Source of the DNA: Rhodothermales bacterium
GTDB taxonomy: Bacteria; Bacteroidota; Rhodothermia; Rhodothermales; JAHQVL01
Assembly (NCBI GenBank): GCA_041391505.1
Contig: JAWKNW010000006.1
Location: 192,354 to 256,353 of the forward strand
Direction: 5' to 3'
DNA: 64,000 nucleotides
How positions within the stretch are numbered: position 1 is the first letter of the stretch; every line of letters begins with the position of its first letter. A program made the translations under genes and the position numbers. This document shows, in pieces, positions 18,195-26,912 of the stretch. The notes under the pieces are model-generated. The model searched no databases. It was given only the letters and a program-made list of their open reading frames with translations, and was not told where the DNA came from.

Positions 18195-20489
18195 ATGCGC
18201 ACCTGGCGTCTGCTTCCGCAACATACCCCCATTCCGCCGGCGCTGCTGGACGCCGCGGGCGGAAGGGCGCGGCTGGCGCGCATCCTGATGCAACGCGGAC
18301 TGGTGGATCCGGACAGGGTGCGCGCGTTTCTCGATCCGGGCGCCTACACGCCGGCTCCACCCGAGGCGATGCCCGGACTCGTCGCCGGCGTGGCACGGAT
18401 CGAGGCCGCGATTCGCACGGGACAGCGCATCCTTGTCTGGGGCGATTTCGATGTGGACGGGCAGACGTCGACCGCCCTGTTTGTGTCCGCGCTGGAGGGG
18501 CTCGGGGCCCGCGTCGATTACCACATCCCCATACGCGCCCGCGAGTCGCACGGGGTGCGCCCCGACGTGCTGCAGACCTATCTGGACGACGGCATCGACC
18601 TGCTGGTGACGTGCGATACCGGCATCGCGGCGGCCGACGCCGTGGAGTTGGCGAATGCGGCCGGCGTGGATGTGGTGGTGACCGATCACCACGATCTGCC
18701 CGAAACATTGCCCGAGGCGATCGCGCTGGTCAACCCTAAGTTTCTGCCCCCCGAACATCCGCTGTCGACCCTGCCCGGGGTGGGCGTCGTGTACAAGGTG
18801 GTCGAGTCGCTGTATGCCCGGGCTGGCCGCGTGGGCGAGGTGGAGGCGTTTCTCGACCTCGTGGCGCTTGGTATCGTCGCCGACCTGGCGACCCTGACGG
18901 GCGATGCGCGTTACCTGCTGCAGCGAGGGCTGGAGGTGCTTCGGCGGACCGAACGTGTCGGGCTTCGCGCCATCATGGAGCGCGCCGGCATCCAGCCGGC
19001 GGTGCTGAACGAAGAAGATATCGGATTCGGGATCGGCCCGCGTCTCAACGCCGTGGGCCGTCTGGCGGATGCCAACGTGGCGGTCCCGCTGCTCACCACA
19101 CGGGATGCCGGCCTCGCCAACGAGATTGCCGAAGAGCTCGACCGGCTGAACGAGCAACGCCGGCTGCTCACCGATCAGGTCTATGGCGCCGCGTGCGAAC
19201 AGATCGAAAAAGACGCCACGCTCGCGCAGTTCGCCGCCCTCGTACTGGCTCATCCGTGGTGGCACCAGGGGGTGATCGGGATCGTGGCCAGCCGCCTGGT
19301 TGAAGACTACGGTAAGCCGGTCATCCTGCTCGCGAGCCCGGAGGGCGAGCCGGCCCGCGGCTCGGCGCGATCCGTCGACGGCTACAACGTGACCGAGGCC
19401 ATCGCCACGCAGGCGCACCTCTTGCACGGATTCGGCGGCCACCCGATGGCGGCCGGCCTCGCGATCGATGCCGATCAGATCGACCGGTTTCGCGTCGGCG
19501 TGTCGACGGCGTTGTCCAGACAGCGCGACGGCGCGCCCCCGGATCCCGTGTTGGAGATCGCGCTCAAGGTCGATTTCAACGAACTCACGCCCGACTTTGC
19601 GGATGAGATCAACGCCGCCGCGCCGTTCGGACCGGGCAATCCGCCGGTCCACATCCTCTGTACGGGGCTGGACCCGGTTGGCGTTCGCGAGATCGGCAAG
19701 ACGAAGCGGCATCGGAAGGTTACGCTCCGGGACCGGCGGGGCGCGGAAGGCGAGGTGCTCTGGTGGAACAGCACGACGGAGCCGGCGCCGACTGAGGCGA
19801 TCGACCTGGTGCTGCGCGCCCGCGTCGGTTATTTTCGAGGAGAGCCGTCGCTGTCGTTGACGTGGCAAGAATACCGCGAGGCCGGCGGCGACGCGCATCG
19901 GCCGGCGGTGGAACGCATCGATATCGTCGATCACAGACAGCAAGCCGATCCCGCGGCCGCCTTGCAGGGGGTGCTGGACCGACATCCGGATGCGCTGGTC
20001 TGGGGCGAGGTCGGGCCGGCTTGCGACGCGATGAAAGGGCGCCATGAGGCGGAGCCGGCGGAGGTGCTGGTGATCTGGACCTGTCCGCCGCACCAGCGGG
20101 TCGTGGACGATCTGCTGGCCCGCGTGCAGCCGCGGACCGTCTATGCCTTTGCAGCGGATCCGGGGCTGGATACCGTGGCGGCTTTCCGCCGGCGGCTCGC
20201 CGGCGTCGTCAAATACGCACTGACCGAGCTGGGCGGGCGCACGGACATCGAGCGCCTGGCCGCCGCGATGGCGTCGACCGAACTGGCGGTGCGGGTGGGG
20301 TTGGAAACGCTGGGTGAACTCGGCGTTCAGGTCCGGTTCGCCGATCGGGACGTGTTGCTGGAGGCCGGCCGGCGGACGGCTCCGGCGGGGCTGGAGACGC
20401 TCTCCATGCTGCTCGAAGAGAGCGCGGCCTACCGCCGGCTTTTCGGGCGCGTGGCATCGCTCGATCCCTTGCTCGACCGGAGCGCCTGA
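18195..20489 (+). CDS. recJ: single-stranded-DNA-specific 5'-3' exonuclease RecJ
   Basis: 764-aa ORF. DHH family motifs ILVWGDFDVDG, LVTCDTG and VVTDHHDL. DHHA1 motif GGHPMAAG. Long C-terminal extension. Confidence 0.9.
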   Translation: MRTWRLLPQHTPIPPALLDAAGGRARLARILMQRGLVDPDRVRAFLDPGAYTPAPPEAMPGLVAGVARIEAAIRTGQRILVWGDFDVDGQTSTALFVSALEGLGARVDYHIPIRARESHGVRPDVLQTYLDDGIDLLVTCDTGIAAADAVELANAAGVDVVVTDHHDLPETLPEAIALVNPKFLPPEHPLSTLPGVGVVYKVVESLYARAGRVGEVEAFLDLVALGIVADLATLTGDARYLLQRGLEVLRRTERVGLRAIMERAGIQPAVLNEEDIGFGIGPRLNAVGRLADANVAVPLLTTRDAGLANEIAEELDRLNEQRRLLTDQVYGAACEQIEKDATLAQFAALVLAHPWWHQGVIGIVASRLVEDYGKPVILLASPEGEPARGSARSVDGYNVTEAIATQAHLLHGFGGHPMAAGLAIDADQIDRFRVGVSTALSRQRDGAPPDPVLEIALKVDFNELTPDFADEINAAAPFGPGNPPVHILCTGLDPVGVREIGKTKRHRKVTLRDRRGAEGEVLWWNSTTEPAPTEAIDLVLRARVGYFRGEPSLSLTWQEYREAGGDAHRPAVERIDIVDHRQQADPAAALQGVLDRHPDALVWGEVGPACDAMKGRHEAEPAEVLVIWTCPPHQRVVDDLLARVQPRTVYAFAADPGLDTVAAFRRRLAGVVKYALTELGGRTDIERLAAAMASTELAVRVGLETLGELGVQVRFADRDVLLEAGRRTAPAGLETLSMLLEESAAYRRLFGRVASLDPLLDRSA

Positions 20490-20527
20490 GCGGCGCGCCG
20501 ACGGCCTCAAAAAAATTTACGATCGGA

Positions 20528-20570
20528 TCACACATACATCTTGCAAACACATGTGTGATATATGTATAAT
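20528..20570 (+). promoter_or_regulatory. candidate sigma70-like promoter with overlapping inverted repeat (possible operator) upstream of the umuD-like gene
   Basis: AT-rich island in a GC-rich genome. TTGCAA (20541-46), 18 nt, then TATAAT (20565-70). Inverted repeat TCACACAT (20528-35) / ATGTGTGA (20551-58), and a perfect 10-bp palindrome ACACATGTGT (20547-56). Confidence 0.3.
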
Positions 20571-20607
20571 GGTGACAGCTCCCCGATAGCTCGTCCCATT
20601 AACCTAT

Positions 20608-21030
20608 ATGCTCCGATCGACTATGGCCATAGCAGTGCAGAACATCGCCCCACGCCGCCCCCAGGGACGCGCCACCAGCCATCCGGCCAGCCGGGAGTCC
20701 GGCAGCGTGCTCGAGCCGCCGATGTGTTTGAACGACCTGATCGCCAAACCCGCCTTTACCTTTCTGGTGCGGGTGCAGGGCCATTCGCTGGTTCAGGCCG
20801 GCATCATCGATGGCGATTTGCTGGTCGTCGACCGCTCGGTGCGGCATCGGAATAACGACTTTGTCGTCGCCGCCGTGCAGGGCGAACTCACGGTCAAGCG
20901 CATCGAATACCGCAACGGCAAGGTGCGGCTGGTGTCCGCAAATCCGGAGTACCCGCCGATCGACATTATCGAGGAGATGCGCTTCGAGGTGCTGGGCGTC
21001 GTCACGCATGTGGTGCATTTCATGCGCTAG
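20608..21030 (+). CDS. umuD: UmuD-like S24 peptidase (LexA C-terminal domain only, no HTH)
   Basis: 140-aa ORF. Ser-Lys dyad context VRVQGHSLVQAGIIDGDLLVVDRS and ELTVKRI. No N-terminal DNA-binding domain. Alternative ATG at 20623. Confidence 0.8.
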   Translation: MLRSTMAIAVQNIAPRRPQGRATSHPASRESGSVLEPPMCLNDLIAKPAFTFLVRVQGHSLVQAGIIDGDLLVVDRSVRHRNNDFVVAAVQGELTVKRIEYRNGKVRLVSANPEYPPIDIIEEMRFEVLGVVTHVVHFMR

Positions 21031-21204
21031 GAGGGCAGGGCATTCTCGCGTGACGTCGGACCCGCGGTGAAACGGTCGCGTTTACAGGGATGGATCGCTC
21101 CGGTCGGATGGACCCGCCGACGGGATCGACTCCACTGCAAAGCTCCGCTGCGGAGCTCCCTTGCTAAGCTTCCCCGCAAAGCCCCTTCACCGCCGGACGC
21201 CACC

Positions 21205-21504
21205 ATGCCCGCTACGAGCGCGACACGACGTATTCTGGTCATTCTCCTGCTGGCCGTGGCCGGCGCGGCGTGGAACATCGCGCCGGCCACGGCGCAGTCC
21301 CCCGCCGACTCCCTGCACTTCCTGGAGGGCAAGGCGGCCTTCGATGCCGGTCGCTTCGACGAGGCCATCGAACACCTGACGGCGTTTGTCGAACAAAGCC
21401 CGGGAGCGGCGAACGCGTATTATTACCTGGCGCGCGCGTATGCCGTGCAGGGCAACGAACCCGATGCCACGCGCTCCATCAACCGCGCCATCGATCGCGA
21501 CTAG
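21205..21504 (+). CDS. secreted TPR-repeat protein fragment (N-terminal part of an interrupted TPR + GWxTD gene)
   Basis: The ATG at 21205 gives the signal peptide RRILVILLLAVAGAAWNIAPATAQS and then TPR helices. It ends at the TAG at 21502-21504, in the same frame as the next ORF. Confidence 0.6.
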   Translation: MPATSATRRILVILLLAVAGAAWNIAPATAQSPADSLHFLEGKAAFDAGRFDEAIEHLTAFVEQSPGAANAYYYLARAYAVQGNEPDATRSINRAIDRD

Positions 21505-21585
21505 ACCAACCTGCTCTACCGCGAATGGCAGCACCGCATCGGGTCGCGTGCGTTTCGGATCATCCAGAAGGCCCGTGAACGCGAT

Positions 21586-23523
21586 ATGCTGCGCGATATG
21601 CTGCGCATCGATCCGGACAATGCGTACGCCAACACGGCCATCGGGGCCGAGCGCACCCTCGTCTACCAGCATCACCGCAACCGGATACGCCTGCCGGAAC
21701 TGACGCCCTTCGAGTCGCCGCTGGAAACCAACCGGGAAATCCAGCACCGGCTCGTGGTGGACGACAAGGACATCCCGGATGCGCCCGAGCCGCCGGCCAC
21801 GCAAAACCCGTTCGACATCGAGGAGATGCGTCAGCGCGGGTATGTCGTACAGGACCTAGGGATCCGGGCGGACTCCGCCTTTGCGGAGGCGAACGAGCGG
21901 CTGCTTGGCGTCCTCGAGCGGGACCCGTCCTATCTCGAAGCCTATGCGCCACTCATGGCCCTGTTGTCCGGCGACGGCGACGCGCATGGCATGAAGTACT
22001 GGGCTTCCACCATGCGACAGGAATATCCGGACGACTACCACGCGTGGCTGTATCTCGGATACGCGACGCATCAGCTCGGGCAGACGGAAGAAGCCGAACA
22101 GGCCTTTCACGAGGCGCTCCGGCTCATGCCGGCGGACGAGCGCGCCGTGTTCGACGATGTGCATCGGGTCATGAACGACGCCGGCGAGGCGCTCGCCGCG
22201 GCGGATCCGGCCTTCAGCACCGAGCGGTTCTGGTCGCGCCGGGATCCGCGGTACCTCACTCCCTCGAATGAACGCGAAATCGAGCATTATGCCCGGCTCG
22301 TCTTTGCCGACATGCATTTCGGCGAGGAGAAGCTGTCGTTGCGCGGATGGGATTCCGACCGTGGCAAGGTCTACGTACGCTACGGACCGCCCACGGCCAT
22401 GTACTACATGAGCAACCAGATTGCAGGCTGCAGCGGCCGGATGACGTCGGGCAATCTGAGCAGCATCAGCAATTTCCACATCTTCGAGTATCCAGACTAC
22501 CGGTTTGTCTTCGGCAATGCCGGCAATTTCGGGGATGCCCAAAATGTCATCATCCCCCCCCTGAACGAGTTCACGCTCTATACGCCCTGCTCGGAAGCGT
22601 TCAATACGGTACGTTCGACCGCGGCGGATTTCGATTACGTCATCAAGACGCGCAATACCATCCGGGAAACGCCGGAGGCCTATGCCTACGAGCCGGCCGG
22701 CCGCAAGGTGTTCTTCCCGCATCTGGCCAGCGCCTTCAAGCGCGAAGGCGGCGGGTCCGACCTCTATGTGGCCTATGGCATCCCGCTTTCGGTGGGTCCG
22801 CGCCAGAGTGCCCTCAAGCTTGATGTCGAGGCCGGCGCCTTCCTGCTGGCCGGCGAGGAGGGACCGGTATCCGAAAAGCGGCTCCACATCGATGAGGTGC
22901 CCGGCGCGGAGGCGCATGTCTTCAACGACGCCACCATCTGGATCGGCGCCATGGGCCTCGATGCGCCGGCCGGCGAGCACACGCTCGCGGTGGAGTTTGA
23001 ATCCAAAACGCAGGGCGCGCTGGGGTTTGAGCGCTCGGATATCACGATTCCCGATTTCACGTCGAGCGATTTCGGCGTCTCCGATATCCAGCTTGCGTAC
23101 CTCGCGGAAGAGGCCGAGACGGAGCATATCGGCGCATCCTATTTCGAGCGACGGGGGTATCGCATTTATCCGGCGCCCTGGGGCGTATTCGGCGTCGAGC
23201 AGCCGTTATACATCTATTTCGAGATGTACAACCTGAAGGCGTCAGCGGAAGGCAGCACGCGGTATCAGGTCGAGGCGCTCTTGATCGCCCGGAAAGATGC
23301 CGGCCGGCTCAATCAGGTGTTTCGGCGCGCGTTTCGACGGGGCGGCGGCGGCGAGGGCGTGGCGGTGCGCTTCGAGGGCGTGGGCTCCACGGCGGACGAC
23401 GGGCAATACTTCATCATGGATGCCAGTAACCAGCCGCCCGGTGTGTATGTGCTGGCCTTGCATGTGACGGATCTTGAGAGCGGCAAAACGATCGAGCGCG
23501 TGCGGACGGTGATGCTCGAGTAA
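21586..23523 (+). CDS. GWxTD domain protein (C-terminal part; lacks its own signal peptide)
   Basis: 645-aa ORF. FWSRRDP and RGWDSDRGKVYVRYGPP match the GWxTD domain signature. TPR-like helices at the N-terminus. In frame with 21205..21504 with no other stop between them. Confidence 0.7.
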   Translation: MLRDMLRIDPDNAYANTAIGAERTLVYQHHRNRIRLPELTPFESPLETNREIQHRLVVDDKDIPDAPEPPATQNPFDIEEMRQRGYVVQDLGIRADSAFAEANERLLGVLERDPSYLEAYAPLMALLSGDGDAHGMKYWASTMRQEYPDDYHAWLYLGYATHQLGQTEEAEQAFHEALRLMPADERAVFDDVHRVMNDAGEALAAADPAFSTERFWSRRDPRYLTPSNEREIEHYARLVFADMHFGEEKLSLRGWDSDRGKVYVRYGPPTAMYYMSNQIAGCSGRMTSGNLSSISNFHIFEYPDYRFVFGNAGNFGDAQNVIIPPLNEFTLYTPCSEAFNTVRSTAADFDYVIKTRNTIRETPEAYAYEPAGRKVFFPHLASAFKREGGGSDLYVAYGIPLSVGPRQSALKLDVEAGAFLLAGEEGPVSEKRLHIDEVPGAEAHVFNDATIWIGAMGLDAPAGEHTLAVEFESKTQGALGFERSDITIPDFTSSDFGVSDIQLAYLAEEAETEHIGASYFERRGYRIYPAPWGVFGVEQPLYIYFEMYNLKASAEGSTRYQVEALLIARKDAGRLNQVFRRAFRRGGGGEGVAVRFEGVGSTADDGQYFIMDASNQPPGVYVLALHVTDLESGKTIERVRTVMLE

Positions 23524-23529
23524 TCGCGT

Positions 23530-24507
23530 TTATTGCTGTTGCTGCTGCTGTTGGAGTCTTTCCGCCGGCGTCATTTCGACGCCGTTGAGATCGCCGGGCT
23601 GCACCACGAGCGCCAGCTGGGGCATCGCCGCCTCGCGCACGGGGAATCGGGCCCGCGCCACGGAAACGCCCACGTGCAGCGTGCTCCGGGCCGACCCCTT
23701 GTACACGCCCCGCGTCGGCGGCACATCGACATAGTCGCGCCCGATGGCCACCCGAATATGCCGGTCGTCGGCGAGGGTGTTGTTGGTGGGATCGAACCCG
23801 ACCCAGTCGAGGCCGGGGATGTAGGCCTCCACCCACGCGTGCGAGCCGTCTTCAGCCGACCGGTTGTGCTCCTGGTCGGTGTTGGGGCGATGAAAGAGGT
23901 AGCCGCTGACGTAGCGGCAGGGAATGAACAGATGCCGGGCCAGGGAAATAAAGATATGGGCGAAATCCTGGCAGACCCCGCTCCGCATCTTTAACGCGTC
24001 GTCGATGGGCGAATGGGCGTGCGTGCTCTGGGGGCTGTAGTCGAACTGCTCGTAGATGAGTCCGTTGAGCCGGCGAAGCAGGGTGAGCGGATCGCTCGTC
24101 CGTGCGATGTCGTGCTCTGCGATGAAGGCGTGCAGCAGCTGCGTCGGACGGGCATATGCGCTGGGCAGCACCATCTCCAGATGCGCATCGCCGGCCATGA
24201 TGGCTTCGATGGCCTCCCAGGCCTCCATCCCGACGGCCTCCGGCAGGTCGTCTTTCGGGCGCACTTCCACCAGCGCGCGTGAGGTCAGGGTCAGTTCATC
24301 GTGTACATCCGGAATATCGAAGTGGTGGATCGTGTTGCCCATGTAGTCCTGGTAGCTGTGCACCTGGGCATGGGGCGTGATGTCGAGGTCGAATGAATAA
24401 CACTGCTGCTCGGACTCGGTTCGCGGGCACATGCGTACTTCCATGCGGCTTTCGCGAATGGGGGACTCGTACGAAAACCGGGTGATGTGGCGGATGACAT
24501 ACTGCAT
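23530..24507 (-). CDS. transglutaminase-like (Bact_transglu_N + transglutaminase core) protein with C-terminal Q7 tail
   Basis: Start at the ATG at 24507 (MQYVIRHITRFSYESP, typical Bact_transglu_N opening). Catalytic-core motif SGVCQDFAHIF...HAWVEAY...GFDPTN. Ends ...AERLQQQQQQQ*. Confidence 0.85.
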   Translation of the reverse strand: MQYVIRHITRFSYESPIRESRMEVRMCPRTESEQQCYSFDLDITPHAQVHSYQDYMGNTIHHFDIPDVHDELTLTSRALVEVRPKDDLPEAVGMEAWEAIEAIMAGDAHLEMVLPSAYARPTQLLHAFIAEHDIARTSDPLTLLRRLNGLIYEQFDYSPQSTHAHSPIDDALKMRSGVCQDFAHIFISLARHLFIPCRYVSGYLFHRPNTDQEHNRSAEDGSHAWVEAYIPGLDWVGFDPTNNTLADDRHIRVAIGRDYVDVPPTRGVYKGSARSTLHVGVSVARARFPVREAAMPQLALVVQPGDLNGVEMTPAERLQQQQQQQ

Positions 24508-24508
24508 G

Positions 24509-25471
24509 CTAGTAGGCGAGGTTGTAGTTGAGCGGGTACGTGATGCAGGTTTCGAAGACACTGTCGTGGATCTGGAGGCAGCGGTGGTGGATTTCCTCCA
24601 GATAGCCCTGGACGTCGCCGGCGAGGATGTCACCGATCGGGTCGAATTGCAGGCTGGATGCCAGCTTGCCGGCCTGTCGGTACGCCTCACTCTGCTTCAT
24701 CAGCGGGATCGATTCGGAGAGCGCTTCGAGGGCGCTGAGAATCATCCGGATGCCGAAATGGACGGAATGCGGGAAAGAGGGATGGAGCAGCAGAAAGCCC
24801 ATGGCCCGATCGGGCTGGATGTTGGCCGTGTGGAGCCGGCAGTAGGCCTCGAACGCCGTGCAGGACTTTAACAGGCCGACCCACTCCATGTAGTCCTCGA
24901 TTGCAAACGATCCGTCTTCCGGCACGGCAGGGTCGTCGAAATGGACGCCCAGCAAGCGCACGATGGATTGCACGCGCTCGATGTACCGCCCGAGCTGGAT
25001 GAACAGCCACCCTTCGTCGTGGCTGAGGGTCGTGTCCGACATGCCCTGGAACAGGTGCGAGCCGTCCCGGACGGCCTGGAAGAAGGCATGCGCGTCGGTA
25101 TCCCAGATGCCCAGCCGCTGGGCGTGCTGTACGTGCAGGAACATCCTGTTGATCTGCTCCCACATCTCCGTGCTGATCTGCTCGCGAATCTCCCGCGCAT
25201 TCTGGCGGGCGGATACGATGCTGTTGACGATCGACCCGGGGACCCGCGCGTCAAACGTGAGCGAGGCGGCGACGAGGTAGGGCTCGAAGCCCGTGTCCGG
25301 CACCGCCGGCATATACAGGCTGCGGGCCACCCTGCGCCAGCGCTGCTGTACGACATCGTCCTTTTGATCGAGTAGGCCGTGCAGGTTGACGTTCAGCACG
25401 CGCGCCGTATGCTCGGCCCGTTCGAGGTACCGGCTCATCCAGTATAGACTATCCGCGACTCGTGAAAGCAT
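24509..25471 (-). CDS. alpha-E domain protein (DUF403)
   Basis: 320-aa ORF. The MLSRVADSLYWMSRYLERAEHTARVL opening is the alpha-E family signature. Its stop lies 1 nt from the downstream start. Confidence 0.85.
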   Translation of the reverse strand: MLSRVADSLYWMSRYLERAEHTARVLNVNLHGLLDQKDDVVQQRWRRVARSLYMPAVPDTGFEPYLVAASLTFDARVPGSIVNSIVSARQNAREIREQISTEMWEQINRMFLHVQHAQRLGIWDTDAHAFFQAVRDGSHLFQGMSDTTLSHDEGWLFIQLGRYIERVQSIVRLLGVHFDDPAVPEDGSFAIEDYMEWVGLLKSCTAFEAYCRLHTANIQPDRAMGFLLLHPSFPHSVHFGIRMILSALEALSESIPLMKQSEAYRQAGKLASSLQFDPIGDILAGDVQGYLEEIHHRCLQIHDSVFETCITYPLNYNLAY

Positions 25472-25481
25472 GCGTTTTCTC

Positions 25482-26912
25482 TCAGTCGATGACCCAGGTG
25501 TCCTTGCTCCCGCCGCCCTGCGAAGAGTTCACCACCAGCGAACCTTCCTTCAGCGCCACCCGCGTGAGGCCGCCCGGCACGATGCGGACGCTGGAGCCGA
25601 ACAGCACGTACGGACGGAGGTCGACGTGTCGCGGCACGACCCGCTCGCCTATGAAACAGGGGGCTGCCGAAAGCGCGAGGGTGGGCTGGGCGATGTACTT
25701 CCGCGGCGATTGCTGGATGGCGAGCCGAAACGTTTCTCGCTCTGAGGCCGTGCTGTGCGGCCCGATCAGCATCCCATAGCCGCCCGACTCGTCGACCGAT
25801 TTGACGACGAGGTGCTGCAGGTTTTCCAGGACGAAGCTCCGATCGGAGGCGTTCTCCAGCAGGTACGTTTGCACATTGGCCAGAATCGGCTCCTGCTGGA
25901 GATAATACTCGATGATCGCCGGCACATAGGCATACATCGCCTTGTCGTCCGCCACGCCGGTGCCGATCGCGTTCGCGAGGATGACGTTGCCGGCGCGGTA
26001 GGCGTTGAACAACCCGGGTACGCCCAGCGTCGAGTCCGACCGGAACGGGATCGGGTCGAGGAAGTCGTCGTCGATGCGCCGGTAGATGACGTCGACGCGT
26101 TTCAGGCCGGCGGTCGTGCGGGTATAGACCACGTTGTTGTGCACGAGGAGGTCGCGTCCTTCGACCAGCTCAATGCCCATCTGCCTCGCAAGGAAAGCGT
26201 GCTCGAAGTAGGCGGAATTGAAGACCCCGGGGGTTAGCAACACGACCGTCTGCTCGCGGACTCCGGCGCCCAGTTCCTGCAGTGTGTTGAGCAGCGCGTT
26301 GGGGTAGTGGTCTACCGTCCGGATCTGATAGTGCTGGAAGAGCTTGGGGAAGACATTGCGCATCACCTGGCGGTTGTTGAGCATGTAGGACACACCGCTC
26401 GGCACCCGCAGGTTGTCCTCCAGGACCGCGAACGTGCCGTCGGGGAGCCGAACCAGGTCGATGCCGGCGATCGACACGTAGATGTCTTTTGGGATCCGGA
26501 CGCCCCGCATCTCCCGGCGGTAGTGCTTGCAGCTGTACACGAGCTGTCGGGGAACGACGCCGTCGCGGAGGATATGCCCCTCGTGGTAGATATCCTTCAG
26601 AAAAAGGTTGAGGGCCGTAATGCGTTGCGAGAGACCGGCTTCCAGGTGCTCCCATTCCTGCCGGCTGAGGATGCGCGGCAGGATGTCGTACGGGAAGATC
26701 TTTTCGGTCCCCTCATCGTGACCGTAGACGGTGAAGGTAATGCCGCGCTGCAGGAAGGCCATGTCGGCCGCGTGCTGGCGCTGGATCAGCTCGTCGGCGG
26801 ACAGCTCCTGGAGCCGGCGATGCAGTGTCTCGTAGTGCGGGCGCGGGACGAGGCCCTCCATGAACATCTCGTCATGCGCGCTGGTGAGGGCATAACTTGA
26901 TAGTAGCGACAT
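25482..26912 (-). CDS. circularly permuted type-2 ATP-grasp protein (DUF404/DUF407)
   Basis: 476-aa ORF. Family-typical segments [32 protein letters not shown] and GGYGMLIGP. Confidence 0.85.
   Translation of the reverse strand: MSLLSSYALTSAHDEMFMEGLVPRPHYETLHRRLQELSADELIQRQHAADMAFLQRGITFTVYGHDEGTEKIFPYDILPRILSRQEWEHLEAGLSQRITALNLFLKDIYHEGHILRDGVVPRQLVYSCKHYRREMRGVRIPKDIYVSIAGIDLVRLPDGTFAVLEDNLRVPSGVSYMLNNRQVMRNVFPKLFQHYQIRTVDHYPNALLNTLQELGAGVREQTVVLLTPGVFNSAYFEHAFLARQMGIELVEGRDLLVHNNVVYTRTTAGLKRVDVIYRRIDDDFLDPIPFRSDSTLGVPGLFNAYRAGNVILANAIGTGVADDKAMYAYVPAIIEYYLQQEPILANVQTYLLENASDRSFVLENLQHLVVKSVDESGGYGMLIGPHSTASERETFRLAIQQSPRKYIAQPTLALSAAPCFIGERVVPRHVDLRPYVLFGSSVRIVPGGLTRVALKEGSLVVNSSQGGGSKDTWVID

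Noticed and set aside
20490-20520. GC palindrome CGGCGCGCCG followed by an A-run just after the recJ stop, considered as a terminator
   Set aside because: A 10-bp perfect palindrome with no loop gives at most a 3-4-bp stem. It is followed by A7 on the sense strand rather than a T-tract. Support for an intrinsic terminator is insufficient.
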